Assembly (NCBI GenBank): GCA_037439425.1
Contig: JBBIWA010000021.1
Coordinates: forward strand, 842-64,841
DNA length: 64,000 nucleotides
Reading direction: 5' to 3'
Origin: Acidobacteriota bacterium
Lineage (GTDB): Bacteria; Acidobacteriota; Blastocatellia; RBC074
Shown: piece after piece, positions 38,683 to 48,046 of the stretch
Numbering within the stretch: position 1 is the stretch's first letter
Layout of the letters: each line of letters opens with the position of its first letter
Position numbers and translations under genes: made by a program
The notes under the pieces: model-generated
What the model saw: the letters and a program-made list of their open reading frames with translations, nothing else
The model's database searches: none
What the model was told of the DNA's origin: nothing

Positions 38683-39972
38683 GTGAGCAAACTGAGGGTT
38701 GAAGAGATTCAAGGCATTGAAGCATTGCAGGCGCTGCGCGATGAGTGGCAAGTACTCTTCAGTGCAGCTCAAGCAGTTCCTTTTCTTTCGTGGGAATGGA
38801 TGATCACCTGGCAGGAATGGTTTGGACAAGAGCGCACACCACGTCTGGTTTGTGCTCGTGAAGGGGAGAGGTTAATCGGCTTATTGCCGCTGTGCCAACA
38901 GGAGCGTCGCTTAGGCCCCTTCACAGTACGCTGCCTTTCCTTCCTCGGCGAGGAATACGTGGGCGCGGATTATTTGGACGTGCTCGCGCTGCCGGGGCGT
39001 GAACAAGAAGCAGCCACGGAGATCTTCAAACACCTGGCTCAGAGCGCTTCTTTCGACCTTCTCAGCCTCGAAGGCCTTGCCGCCTCCTCGCCCAGTCTGC
39101 CCATCCTCGTCTGGCAATTTGGAACAGATGCCCGGTTTCAGTATCAACTTACGCCGCGTGATCTCTGCCCGCAGGTAAGAGTCACAGGAACGTGGGAGGA
39201 GGTAGTGCAGCAAAGCCGGCGCCCGCATAGTTTTAATAAGCTGATCCGGCGGTTGCGCAAGATCGCAGGCTTCGACTATCGCACCATCACCACTGCTGCG
39301 GAGGCGGGCGCAGCCTTTGAGCGGTTTCTTTCTTTGCACCAACAGGCCTGGCAGGCTCAGGGTGGTTCTGATGCTATGGGACATGCGGCGCTTCAAGGAT
39401 TCCACCGCGATCTGGTGCTGAGAATGGCACGGGCAGGCTTGCTTCGTTTTGAGGAATTGTGGATTGAAGGAGCTTGCCGCGCGTCGAACTATGCCTTCAG
39501 TTCGGGCCGCAGGTATTACCTGTATCAGGGCGGTTACGACCCTGGATGGGCTAAACAGAGTGTCGGGCTAGCTCTGGATGGTCTCTCTCTGGAAGATGCG
39601 ATCAATCGAGGCGTGAGCGTCTGCGACTTTCTCCGTGGCGCCGAGACTTACAAATTCACCTGGGCCAACGAAACCCACCATACGGTGACGGTACGCGTAG
39701 CCAATCATCGCTTGCCGGTCAAGTTGCTGCTCGCAGGCGAGCAGTTGACCATAGCCGTCAGGCTGGCGGTCCAGGCGATCTTGCAGGCTCTCTGCTCTGA
39801 ACAAATGGTAAAGAAGGCCCGCCAATTGTGTCGCGCCAGAGATCGCAAGCAGAAGTTCAACTCGGTAGCTCACCGTCCGCTCACCAGAGAAGCTGTCTTA
39901 GATCGGGCTTTAGAGCCGGCCACTTCATTGCCGTCTTTGCTGCCCACTTCATCCAATGAACCGAGGGCGTGA
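38683..39972 (+). CDS. CelD/BioF2-like GNAT acyltransferase (FemAB-related), paralogue 3
   Basis: It is a close paralogue of 37343..38578 (..PFLSWEWMITWQEWFGQERTPRLVCAREGERLIGLLPL..LSFLGEEYVGADYLDVLALPGRE..). The GTG at 38683 is preceded by GGAGG. Confidence 0.7.
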   Translation: MSKLRVEEIQGIEALQALRDEWQVLFSAAQAVPFLSWEWMITWQEWFGQERTPRLVCAREGERLIGLLPLCQQERRLGPFTVRCLSFLGEEYVGADYLDVLALPGREQEAATEIFKHLAQSASFDLLSLEGLAASSPSLPILVWQFGTDARFQYQLTPRDLCPQVRVTGTWEEVVQQSRRPHSFNKLIRRLRKIAGFDYRTITTAAEAGAAFERFLSLHQQAWQAQGGSDAMGHAALQGFHRDLVLRMARAGLLRFEELWIEGACRASNYAFSSGRRYYLYQGGYDPGWAKQSVGLALDGLSLEDAINRGVSVCDFLRGAETYKFTWANETHHTVTVRVANHRLPVKLLLAGEQLTIAVRLAVQAILQALCSEQMVKKARQLCRARDRKQKFNSVAHRPLTREAVLDRALEPATSLPSLLPTSSNEPRA

Positions 39973-40949
39973 TGTCTTCTTTGTCGGTAGTGGTCATCAG
40001 CAAAAATGAAGAATCCTACATTGCCAGATGTCTTCAGTCGGTGCTGGCAGCGGCTGAAGAGATTGGCGGCGCAGAGATCGTCGTGGTTGATTCAGCCTCG
40101 ACCGATCGCACAGTTGAGATAGCGCGCTCCTATGGGGTTCGGGTTCTTTCACTCAAACCAGAATGGGAGCTCTCACCTGCCGCAGGACGCTATGTTGGCT
40201 TTCATCATTCCAGTGGCGAGCTGGTGATGTTCGTGGACGCTGACACGGTGATTGATCGTAAGTGGCTGCAGGCAGCGAGGCAATATTTCGCGCGGCCGGA
40301 GATCGCTGGGGTCGCAGGCTACCTCGATGACGTGGATGAAGACGGCCAGCTTCTTCCTTATGTCGGCCATCGCAGTGCAGAAGTGTGCGCGGTTGATCGC
40401 TTGCGCGGCATTGCGCTATATCGGCGCGCGGCGATGGAGCGGGCAGGAACCTTCAATCCGTACTTGATCACAGAAGAAGAAGCAGAGTTGGGCTTCCGGT
40501 TGCGGCGGCACGGCTTTCGTCTGCTGCAAGTGCCGCATCCGATGGGCTGTCATTTACGCGGAACGACTGCACACACTGGGCTGCTGCGAGCCTGGCGACT
40601 GGGCCGTTTCAAAGGTGATAGCCTGACTTTGCGCTACGGCTGGCGTGCAGGAAAGAGTTGGCGATTTTGTTTTGATTTAATGCGACCCACGCTTGCCTTT
40701 CTGGCAGTTTGTTCGCTGGTGGTGGCTGGGCTAGGATTGTTTCTGGCAGACTATGAGCAACTCGGGATCATAATGTTGCTGCTGTTTTTGGGATTGATGG
40801 TGGCCGTCGCAATCAAAAGGCGCAGCCTCTTAGGGCCTTTCACCTATGTAGCCACTCACCTGCTGATTCTCTCCGGGCTGATTATCGGGGTGCTTACTAC
40901 TACCGTCAAAGACCCTCAATCTTATCCGCTCGATGTGATCTCTCACTGA
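39969..40949 (+). CDS. Family 2 glycosyltransferase with C-terminal TM segments
   Basis: The sequence LSVVVISKNEE..I.RCLQSV......EIVVVDSASTDRT.. and ..MFVDADT.. includes the DxD-like motif. A GTGA overlap links it to the preceding gene. Confidence 0.8.
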   Translation: MMSSLSVVVISKNEESYIARCLQSVLAAAEEIGGAEIVVVDSASTDRTVEIARSYGVRVLSLKPEWELSPAAGRYVGFHHSSGELVMFVDADTVIDRKWLQAARQYFARPEIAGVAGYLDDVDEDGQLLPYVGHRSAEVCAVDRLRGIALYRRAAMERAGTFNPYLITEEEAELGFRLRRHGFRLLQVPHPMGCHLRGTTAHTGLLRAWRLGRFKGDSLTLRYGWRAGKSWRFCFDLMRPTLAFLAVCSLVVAGLGLFLADYEQLGIIMLLLFLGLMVAVAIKRRSLLGPFTYVATHLLILSGLIIGVLTTTVKDPQSYPLDVISH

Positions 40950-41124
40950 TGAAAGACCAGGCCTTTCATGGGAGCGATGGTTCGAGCTTGGTGACGCGAT
41001 CTTCGAGCAATGCTGCCAATGTCCGCTCCCAGATCGGGCAGGTCATAACTCCTGGCTGTGAGCGCAGGCGACAGTTACAACTAGCCCTTACTCCCTCGCT
41101 CAAACTTAGCTAAAATGCCTGATT

Positions 41125-42408
41125 ATGACGCTCAAACTCTACTGGGACGATTCTCACCTGACCCGATTCAACGCTCGTGTGACTGAGTCATCAGTGCAAA
41201 ACGGCCGCTACGTCATTGTGCTTGATCAAACGGCATTTTATCCGGCTGGCGGCGGGCAACCGGCTGATGTGGGATCTATCGGCTCGGCGCGGGTGATAGA
41301 TGTCTGGGAAGCAGAAGATGGCCGGATTCTTCACTGCCTGGAACAGGCTCCATCCTTCGCCGTGGGGGATGAAGTGTCGTGTGAGGTTGATTGGGCTCGC
41401 CGCCGTGAGATGTTGCAGCAGCACACAGGGCAACACATTCTCTCTCAGGCTTTCTTTCAACTCTTCGGCGCGGAGACTCGCGGCTTTCGCATCACGGGAC
41501 GCGCCGCCGAGATTGATCTCACACTTGCAGCCAATCCTGACGAGATGCAGCGTGCCATCGAACGCGCCGAGGAGCTGGCCAATGCGGTGGTCTTCGATGA
41601 TCGTGAGGTGCGCATTCATATGGTGACGCCGGAAGAGGCATCGCGCTTGCCGCTGCGCAAAGAGAGCTTCATCACCGACTGCGTGCGCGTGGTCGAGATC
41701 GCCGACTTCGACTTCTCGCCCTGCGGCGGGACGCACGCGCAGCGCACGGGTGAGGTGGGCTTGATCGCTGTGCGCGGCTGGGAACGCGCTAAACGAATGA
41801 CGCGAATTGAATTTGTCTGTGGCGTGCGCGCACTGGGTGATTATCGCGCTGCCAATCGGACGGCAGAGGCCATCGCACGGCGCCTCAGTGTCGCGCGCGA
41901 TGAGGCGGAGCAGTCAGTCGCGCGCCTGGTCGAAGAAAACAGGCAGTTGCAGCGCCGCATGCGCGCGCTGGCCGAACTGGCTGTTCAAGCCGAAGCGCAG
42001 GAATTGCTCGCGGCTGCCGAGGTTATCAATGGCTTGCGCGTTGTCTGGCGGGTCTTCGAAGAGCGAGATTTCGATGAAGTGAAATTGCTGGCTCATAGAC
42101 TGGCAGCGAGTGACTCGACCGTCGCCTTGCTTGCGACTCGCCAGCGAGAGATGGCGCGGCTGGTCTTTGCGCGTTCAGCGGACCTGACTCTTGATATGAA
42201 TCTCTTGCTTGGCGCGGCGTGCGCGCATCTAGGTGGGCGTGGCGGAGGCAAGCCGGATTTTGCGCAGGGCGGGGGAGCGCACCTGACTGAATTAGAGCGA
42301 GTGATGGCGGATGCGGTGGCCGAGCTGAGATCAGCAGGCACAAAATCTCCTGGTGCGAACACTCTCCGTCAAGGAGAAATTATTGACCAGCCTCCCCCAC
42401 GGGCTTAG
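41125..42408 (+). CDS. alaX: AlaX-L type alanyl-tRNA editing protein (AlaRS editing domain plus DHHA1-like C-terminus)
   Basis: The zinc/editing motifs HTGQH (HxxxH) and CGGTH (CxxxH) are present. The N-terminus ..LDQTAFYPAGGGQPAD.. and the C-terminus ..GGRGGGKPDFAQGGG.. also fit. Confidence 0.8.
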   Translation: MTLKLYWDDSHLTRFNARVTESSVQNGRYVIVLDQTAFYPAGGGQPADVGSIGSARVIDVWEAEDGRILHCLEQAPSFAVGDEVSCEVDWARRREMLQQHTGQHILSQAFFQLFGAETRGFRITGRAAEIDLTLAANPDEMQRAIERAEELANAVVFDDREVRIHMVTPEEASRLPLRKESFITDCVRVVEIADFDFSPCGGTHAQRTGEVGLIAVRGWERAKRMTRIEFVCGVRALGDYRAANRTAEAIARRLSVARDEAEQSVARLVEENRQLQRRMRALAELAVQAEAQELLAAAEVINGLRVVWRVFEERDFDEVKLLAHRLAASDSTVALLATRQREMARLVFARSADLTLDMNLLLGAACAHLGGRGGGKPDFAQGGGAHLTELERVMADAVAELRSAGTKSPGANTLRQGEIIDQPPPRA

Positions 42409-42539
42409 GATGTGTTCGCCCACCAGGAGGTGAGCCCAAAAGACAAAACGTTTCCGCCTCAGCTTCCGAAAATTCCTTCCTCATTGTCATCCCTGGAACC
42501 ATTGATCAAACTGAGATTGCGTAGATTCTACAAGTGAAG

Positions 42540-42918
42540 AAGGAGTCTCTTATGTTCACAAGTTTTCATCGCCGGCTGCTGGTTGTCATTCTAAATAGCT
42601 TCCCATGAATTTTGAACCAAGCTGCGCGCGAATACCCGGATGCTCAAACCATCCATGTGAATCGTGGACAACTTCAAGACCCATACCGGCCAGCAGACGA
42701 CGCTTCAGCAGTTGGGCGGGCAGATCAGCTTACATCTCCTCCCGCTCTATAGCCCCGATGACAACCCCATCGAACGGTTCTGGAGAGATTTCTATAACGA
42801 TGTCACACGCAACCAGCGGTACAAGACGATGCACTGGCTCAGGTGGGCCGCAGAACGCTACCTCCAGGAGCATAACCGCAAGATCGCTCAACCGGCCAGT
42901 ATCCAGAAGGCAGCCTGA
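42540..42918 (+). pseudogene. IS630-family DDE transposase remnant (5'-truncated, frameshifted)
   Basis: The C-terminal DDE region reads VDNFKTH......LLPLYSPDDNPIERFW. Upstream, ..AREYPDAQTIHV is in another frame, with an apparent 1-nt indel near 42660 and an in-frame TGA at 42605-42607. No N-terminal HTH part is present. Confidence 0.75.
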
Positions 42919-42957
42919 GGGTCTTGTTCAAATTTCATGAAAACCTATTTGGCAGAA

Positions 42958-42981
42958 AGGGCGATGGCTAACCATCGCCCT
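42958..42981 (-). terminator. Perfect 10-bp hairpin downstream of the glycine-zipper gene
   Basis: AGGGCGATGG-CTAA-CCATCGCCCT is followed on the minus strand by TTTCTGCC, a weak T-tract. Confidence 0.45.
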
Positions 42982-43012
42982 ACTCTTCGAGATTTTCACT
43001 GATCGCTTAGTA

Positions 43013-43366
43013 TCAGTAGCGCTTGTACCGGTCTTTTTTGCCGCGATGATAGAGGTAGCCGCCAGCGGCCCCAATGCCGGCCCCGATGAGTGCGCCCTTG
43101 CGACCACCGATTATCCCACCAGCGGCGGCACCAATTGCTGTGCCAATACCGACTCGCTTCAAGGCCTGTTTCTTCCCCTCCTCACGGTAGCGGTAGTTGT
43201 AATCGCGGTCGTAATCGTAGCGATAATCATCGTACCGACCCTGCTCGTAGCGAATCACCTCACGCTGCCGGCAACGACCCTGCGCCAGTGCGCTTGGAGC
43301 TACCGAGATAAAAAACAGCCCCAAGCTTAGCAGCATTACCATCACTGCGCTCACTGATTTACTCAT
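43013..43366 (-). CDS. Secreted glycine-zipper (YMGG-like) small protein
   Basis: It has a signal peptide, a Tyr/Arg/Asp-rich stretch (RYDDYRYDYDRDYNYRYRE) and a glycine zipper (GIGTAIGAAAGGIIGGRKGALIGAGIGAAGG). Confidence 0.7.
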   Translation of the reverse strand: MSKSVSAVMVMLLSLGLFFISVAPSALAQGRCRQREVIRYEQGRYDDYRYDYDRDYNYRYREEGKKQALKRVGIGTAIGAAAGGIIGGRKGALIGAGIGAAGGYLYHRGKKDRYKRY

Positions 43367-43947
43367 ACTCTCCTCCCGGCGACAGTCTAGTGCCGCTCAC
43401 TCCAGCTTTGTTTGTTATTGGTCAATGCTCAATCAATGCCACTGCTGGAAGTAACAACTGCTGTGCCCGGCAGCTTGCAGTTTCCGAGGGGCCTTACAGC
43501 AAGCAAAGAAGCTCTGGCTGGCCAAACAGTTAAGCACCGAAATCCGCTCCCTCAGTTGAGAACTGAAAATTTCCTGGCAGCCCGTGGCAGCACTTTTACG
43601 TGTAATCTAACACACCATATGGCGCAGCCCCCGAGGTTGGAAGCCAGGCAAATGTCGCAGCTGATCAATGAGGAGCTCGAAGCGAGCAGCACCCGATCAA
43701 GCGGTGTGGATGATTATTTTTTCGCGCTTTTGCCACCTTCAGACCTGGCCGCTGTCATTGATCTCAGCCGCCCTCCGGCTGGATTGCTGCCTCAGTTGAA
43801 AGAGATGGCTCCGGGCGAGGTCGGCCAGGCGATAGCGAAATTTGAGCAGTTGAGAGACAAAATAGGAATCAATCTGTCCCGCACCAGGACAGCCATTATA
43901 AGCAGAGAGAGGCCAAGAGCGAGTTCCCGTTTCGCCTCGCGACCTCT

Positions 43948-45594
43948 TTACTGGCGCATCGGAATGCGGATCCCTTTTTCGTCAGCGACCTCAATGGCGC
44001 GTTCATAACCAGCGTCAACGTGGCGCATCACGCCCGTGCCCGGGTCGTTAGTCAACACAAGTGAGAGTCGCTTTTCGGCTTCTGGTGTGCCATCGGCCAC
44101 GACGACCATTCCGGCGTGCAGACTGTAGCCGATGCCGACGCCCCCGCCGTGATGGAAGCTGACCCAGCTTGCGCCAGATGCGGTGTTGAGCAACGCATTA
44201 AGCACCGGCCAATCAGCAATCGCATCACTGCCGTCGCGCATGCCTTCGGTCTCACGATTGGGTGAGGCTACAGACCCGGCATCGAGATGGTCACGCCCGA
44301 TGACTATGGGCGCTCTCACTTTCCCTGAACGCACCAGCTCGTTGAAGATCAAACCCGCTCGGTCGCGCTCGCCGTAGCCTAACCAGCAGATGCGCGCCGG
44401 TAGGCCTTGAAAAGCTACGCGCTCTTCTGCGCGCGTCAACCAGCGAATCAGGTGATCTTTCTCCGGGAAAGCCTCCATCAGCGCGCGGTCAGTGACGAGG
44501 ATGTCATTGGGATCGCCAGAGAGTGCAGCCCAGCGGAATGGCCCTTGCCCTTCGCAGAAGAGGGGGCGAATGTATTCCGGCACAAATCCAGGGATCTGGA
44601 AGGCGTCCTCGACACCACCTTGCCTGGCCTGCGCACGAATGTTGTTGCCGTAATCGAAAGTGACAGCGCCCATCCGCTTGAGTTCAAGCATGGCTTCGAC
44701 ATGGCGCGCCATCGCTGCGATTGAGCGGCGGACATATTCATCAGGATCGCGCTGCCGCAACTCCAAAGCCTCCTCATAAGGAAGCCCGTCGGGCACATAA
44801 CCATTGAGCGCATCATGCGCGCTGGTTTGATCTGTCAGTACATCAGGCACGACACCGCGTTTGACCATTTCCGGCAGAACTTCTGCCGCGTTGCCAGGTA
44901 GCGCAATGGATCTGGCTTCGCCCCGGCGTTGATACTCGGCCGCGCGGTGCAGCGCTTGATCCAGCGTCTCCGCCAGCTCATCGCAGTAGCGCGTCTGTAG
45001 TCGCCGCCGGATGCGCTCGCGGTCTACTTCGATACCGATGAAGACCCCATCGTTTAGGACGGCGGCCAGCGGCTGCGCGCCGCCCATGCCGCCCAAACCT
45101 GAAGAGACAACTAGCTTCCCTTTGAGCGAGCCGCCAAAATGGCGCCTCGCCACCGCCGCAAAGGTTTCATAGGTCCCTTGCAAAATGCCCTGTGTGCCGA
45201 TGTAGATCCATGAACCGGCCGTCATCTGACCGTACATCGTCAGCCCCAACCGTTCGTACTGGCGGAAGTGCGCCCAATCACCCCAGGCTGGCACCAGCAC
45301 CGAATTAGAGATCAGCACTCGCGGTGCCATCTCGTGGGTGCGAAAGATGCCAACGGGTTTGCCCGATTGCACCAGCAGAGTTTCATCATTTTCCAGCTCG
45401 CGCAGCGAGCGCACGATGGCAGCAAAGCAATCCCAGTTGCGCGCAGCTTTGCCAGTGCCGCCGTAGACGATCAACTCATCAGGCTTCTCTGCCACTTCCG
45501 GGTCGAGATTGTTCATCAGCATCCGCAGCGCGGCCTCCTGTGGCCATCCCTTGCAACTGATAGCAGTGCCGCGTGGGGCGCGAATCTCTCGCAT
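43948..45594 (-). CDS. hutU: Urocanate hydratase
   Basis: The N-terminus is [53 protein letters not shown]. The 548-aa length is typical of urocanase. Confidence 0.9.
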   Translation of the reverse strand: MREIRAPRGTAISCKGWPQEAALRMLMNNLDPEVAEKPDELIVYGGTGKAARNWDCFAAIVRSLRELENDETLLVQSGKPVGIFRTHEMAPRVLISNSVLVPAWGDWAHFRQYERLGLTMYGQMTAGSWIYIGTQGILQGTYETFAAVARRHFGGSLKGKLVVSSGLGGMGGAQPLAAVLNDGVFIGIEVDRERIRRRLQTRYCDELAETLDQALHRAAEYQRRGEARSIALPGNAAEVLPEMVKRGVVPDVLTDQTSAHDALNGYVPDGLPYEEALELRQRDPDEYVRRSIAAMARHVEAMLELKRMGAVTFDYGNNIRAQARQGGVEDAFQIPGFVPEYIRPLFCEGQGPFRWAALSGDPNDILVTDRALMEAFPEKDHLIRWLTRAEERVAFQGLPARICWLGYGERDRAGLIFNELVRSGKVRAPIVIGRDHLDAGSVASPNRETEGMRDGSDAIADWPVLNALLNTASGASWVSFHHGGGVGIGYSLHAGMVVVADGTPEAEKRLSLVLTNDPGTGVMRHVDAGYERAIEVADEKGIRIPMRQ

Positions 45595-45734
45595 ATTTAG
45601 CCTCCTTGTCCAGGTGAGCTAAAATACTATAGCTCAATTGAAAGTCGTTCACCACGGATGAGGTCACAAGTCCGTTTCGATTTTCGGACAAAATCCGGTA
45701 TTATTGAGTCTCATTCTTGAAATGGCACTTGGCT

Positions 45735-45932
45735 ATGAGCAGAACGATACGATGTCCACTGTGTCGTCGGGAAACGGTCTGGGAAGAGAATCCGTGGCGC
45801 CCTTTCTGTTCTGAGCGCTGCCAGATGGTAGACCTGGGTCGGTGGGCTGCGGAAGAATATCGCATTCCGATTTCAAGTGATCCGGAGGTTGGAATTTCGG
45901 AAGTAGCTCAGACGCCCAATCCCGATGATTGA
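45735..45932 (+). CDS. yacG: DNA gyrase inhibitor YacG (zinc finger)
   Basis: The sequence [39 protein letters not shown] shows the CxxC...CxxxC motif and the conserved DLGRW. Confidence 0.8.
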   Translation: MSRTIRCPLCRRETVWEENPWRPFCSERCQMVDLGRWAAEEYRIPISSDPEVGISEVAQTPNPDD

Positions 45933-45996
45933 AGCTGATCGGGAGCAGGAGCAGCCGGTAATGCTGCTTCCAGGTGAAGCATCCGTGGTGACTGAT

Positions 45997-46602
45997 ATGG
46001 CGCAAGTGAAGTACTCGATCCTATTTTTACTACTTACCCTCACTCTCCTCTTGCTGGCTTGCCAGTCAGGGCCGCCGCCGCGGCCGGTCTCTGAAGCCAG
46101 TGCGCGCGCGCTGGCTATCAGGCATCGCAATCTCGCTATTCAGACGGTGAATGATCTCTCGATCCCGGCTCCGGATGGCACGACTTTTAAGCTGGCGGAC
46201 TTGCGCGGCAAAGTGGTGGTGATAGATTTCTGGGGAACCTGGTGTCCGCCCTGCCGCAAGCAAGCGCCGATGCTGGCTGAGCTTTATACGCGCTATCGCG
46301 CTCAAGGACTTGAGATCGTGGGGCTGAGCCTCAACAAGCTCTCGGAGCAAGATGAAGTGAGAGAGTTTATGAAGGAAGTAGGTATCAACTACCGCGTTGG
46401 TTATGCTGATCAGAAGCTCTCAGGTGCCTTTCTCAACGGCACCGAGGATGAGACCGGATCGGCGCCGATTCCGCAACTCTTCGTTCTAGGGCGCGATGGC
46501 AGCCTGCTTGAGCATCTGATTGGCGACCGCCCGGAGCATGCTGCTCAACTGGAAAAAGTGATCTCTCAACAACTCTCCCTCGTCGCCTCATCAAATGGGT
46601 GA
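45997..46602 (+). CDS. TlpA-like thiol:disulfide oxidoreductase lipoprotein (CPPC)
   Basis: A lipobox-like LLLAC is present. The thioredoxin-fold motif is VVIDFWGTWCPPCRKQAP. Confidence 0.8.
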   Translation: MAQVKYSILFLLLTLTLLLLACQSGPPPRPVSEASARALAIRHRNLAIQTVNDLSIPAPDGTTFKLADLRGKVVVIDFWGTWCPPCRKQAPMLAELYTRYRAQGLEIVGLSLNKLSEQDEVREFMKEVGINYRVGYADQKLSGAFLNGTEDETGSAPIPQLFVLGRDGSLLEHLIGDRPEHAAQLEKVISQQLSLVASSNG

Positions 46603-46639
46603 AAGAGACTGAAGTTTAAACTGCAAGGAGCCATTGATT

Positions 46640-47260
46640 ATGTCGAAAGTTATTTTCAGATCCGCCCGTCAGGTATTGGCCCTCAATCTGGCCCTGATCC
46701 TGCTGTTGCTCGTCGTCGTGCCGAGTCTGGGTCGCGATGACGTGCCGGAGTTACCCGCGCCAGATGGGTCTTCTTACACGCCGGAGATTATCATCCCGCT
46801 GCTTGACAAAAGCCAGCTCAAGCTCTCCAGCTTGCGTGGCCGGGTGGTGTTGTTGGACTTCTTCTGGTCAAAGTGTCAGCACTGCCGCGATCACGCCCCA
46901 CACATCGTTGAACTGTATCATCAGTATCATAAACGCGGCTTCACGGTCCTGAGCCTGGCCACCGATCCGCAGGACAAGATCGATGATGTGAAGGCTTTCG
47001 TGACGGAGATGAAGATGACCTATCCGGTCGGATTTATCACCACCGAAGTGATCGCCTACTATGCCGACAGTCGCAATCACGGCGTGCCGCAGATGGTGCT
47101 CTTCGGCCCGGATGGAAAGATGGTCAAGCGCTGGATCGGTTGGACCGAGCCTGTCGGTAGGGAGTTGAAAGAAAAAATTGCCGAGCAATTGCAGAGACTG
47201 CCCCTGGTCAAACCGGGTAGCAAAGCTACAAGCCGCAAGCAGCGCGATCTGCGCAGTTAG
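46640..47260 (+). CDS. TlpA-like redoxin (CQHC)
   Basis: It has a signal/anchor sequence and the motif [18 protein letters not shown]. Confidence 0.75.
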   Translation: MSKVIFRSARQVLALNLALILLLLVVVPSLGRDDVPELPAPDGSSYTPEIIIPLLDKSQLKLSSLRGRVVLLDFFWSKCQHCRDHAPHIVELYHQYHKRGFTVLSLATDPQDKIDDVKAFVTEMKMTYPVGFITTEVIAYYADSRNHGVPQMVLFGPDGKMVKRWIGWTEPVGRELKEKIAEQLQRLPLVKPGSKATSRKQRDLRS

Positions 47261-47291
47261 ATCCAACTTCAGCCCTGAAGACGAGGTGCAC

Positions 47292-47864
47292 ATGAAAATA
47301 CGCCTTTTTAGCTTATCCAGCTCGCGTCTGGCAATGTTGGTCACGGTCATCGGTCTGAGCCTGTGGGCGCTGCTGACCTTTAGTTTGCCTGGCAGTGAAG
47401 CCAAGGCCAAAATTGGGAAGTTCCCTAAAGACTCCGTAGCGCGACGACCGATCTCCACTCTTGATGGCCGCCGGTTCGATTTGATTTCTCTGCGCGGCCA
47501 GGTGGTCGTGCTGGATTTCTTCGCTGTGTGGTGTGCTCACTCGCGAGATCACATTCCGGCGTTGACGCGCTTTACTGAGGAAGATTACCAACGGGGCTTG
47601 CAGATTATCGGATTGGCCGTTCAGGATAATGAGACGACCAGTGAGAGACTCGCTCAATTTATCAAGGATCAGAAGATCAATTATCCTGTCGCCACTATCA
47701 CTGACGACGTTTTTGCGGCCTATGTTGAGTCGCGCGATGTCTCAGTCCCCCAGACGCTCCTCTACGGGCGCGATGGACGGCTGGCAGCGCACTTCATCGG
47801 CCAGAGCGCAGAGATTGATGCGGCTCTGGTGGCTGCCATTAATCGTGAACTGGCGAAAAGATAA
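47292..47864 (+). CDS. TlpA-like redoxin with single-Cys motif (CAHS)
   Basis: It has a signal/anchor sequence and the motif [18 protein letters not shown]. The second Cys is replaced by Ser. Confidence 0.75.
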   Translation: MKIRLFSLSSSRLAMLVTVIGLSLWALLTFSLPGSEAKAKIGKFPKDSVARRPISTLDGRRFDLISLRGQVVVLDFFAVWCAHSRDHIPALTRFTEEDYQRGLQIIGLAVQDNETTSERLAQFIKDQKINYPVATITDDVFAAYVESRDVSVPQTLLYGRDGRLAAHFIGQSAEIDAALVAAINRELAKR

Positions 47865-48046
47865 GTGGCTGCCATCAGGCTGACCGGATGAGAGGTATTC
47901 AAAGATGAGCGCGCGGCTTGCGGCGCCGCACTCAGCCTGAGTAGCTTTCTCAGGCTAATGGCCTGCGACAGCGCAAGCAGCGCGATTTCTTTTGGGAGGG
48001 GACACCGGCACTTGAAGGTGAGATACCGCCTTGCGTTTTTTCGGCT

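Noticed and set aside
43412-44008. 198-aa plus-strand ORF between the glycine-zipper gene and hutU.
   Set aside because: It has no recognisable motif, no SD at plausible starts, and its 3' end overlaps the hutU coding end by ~60 nt. It might be a real small gene, but this cannot be supported from sequence alone.
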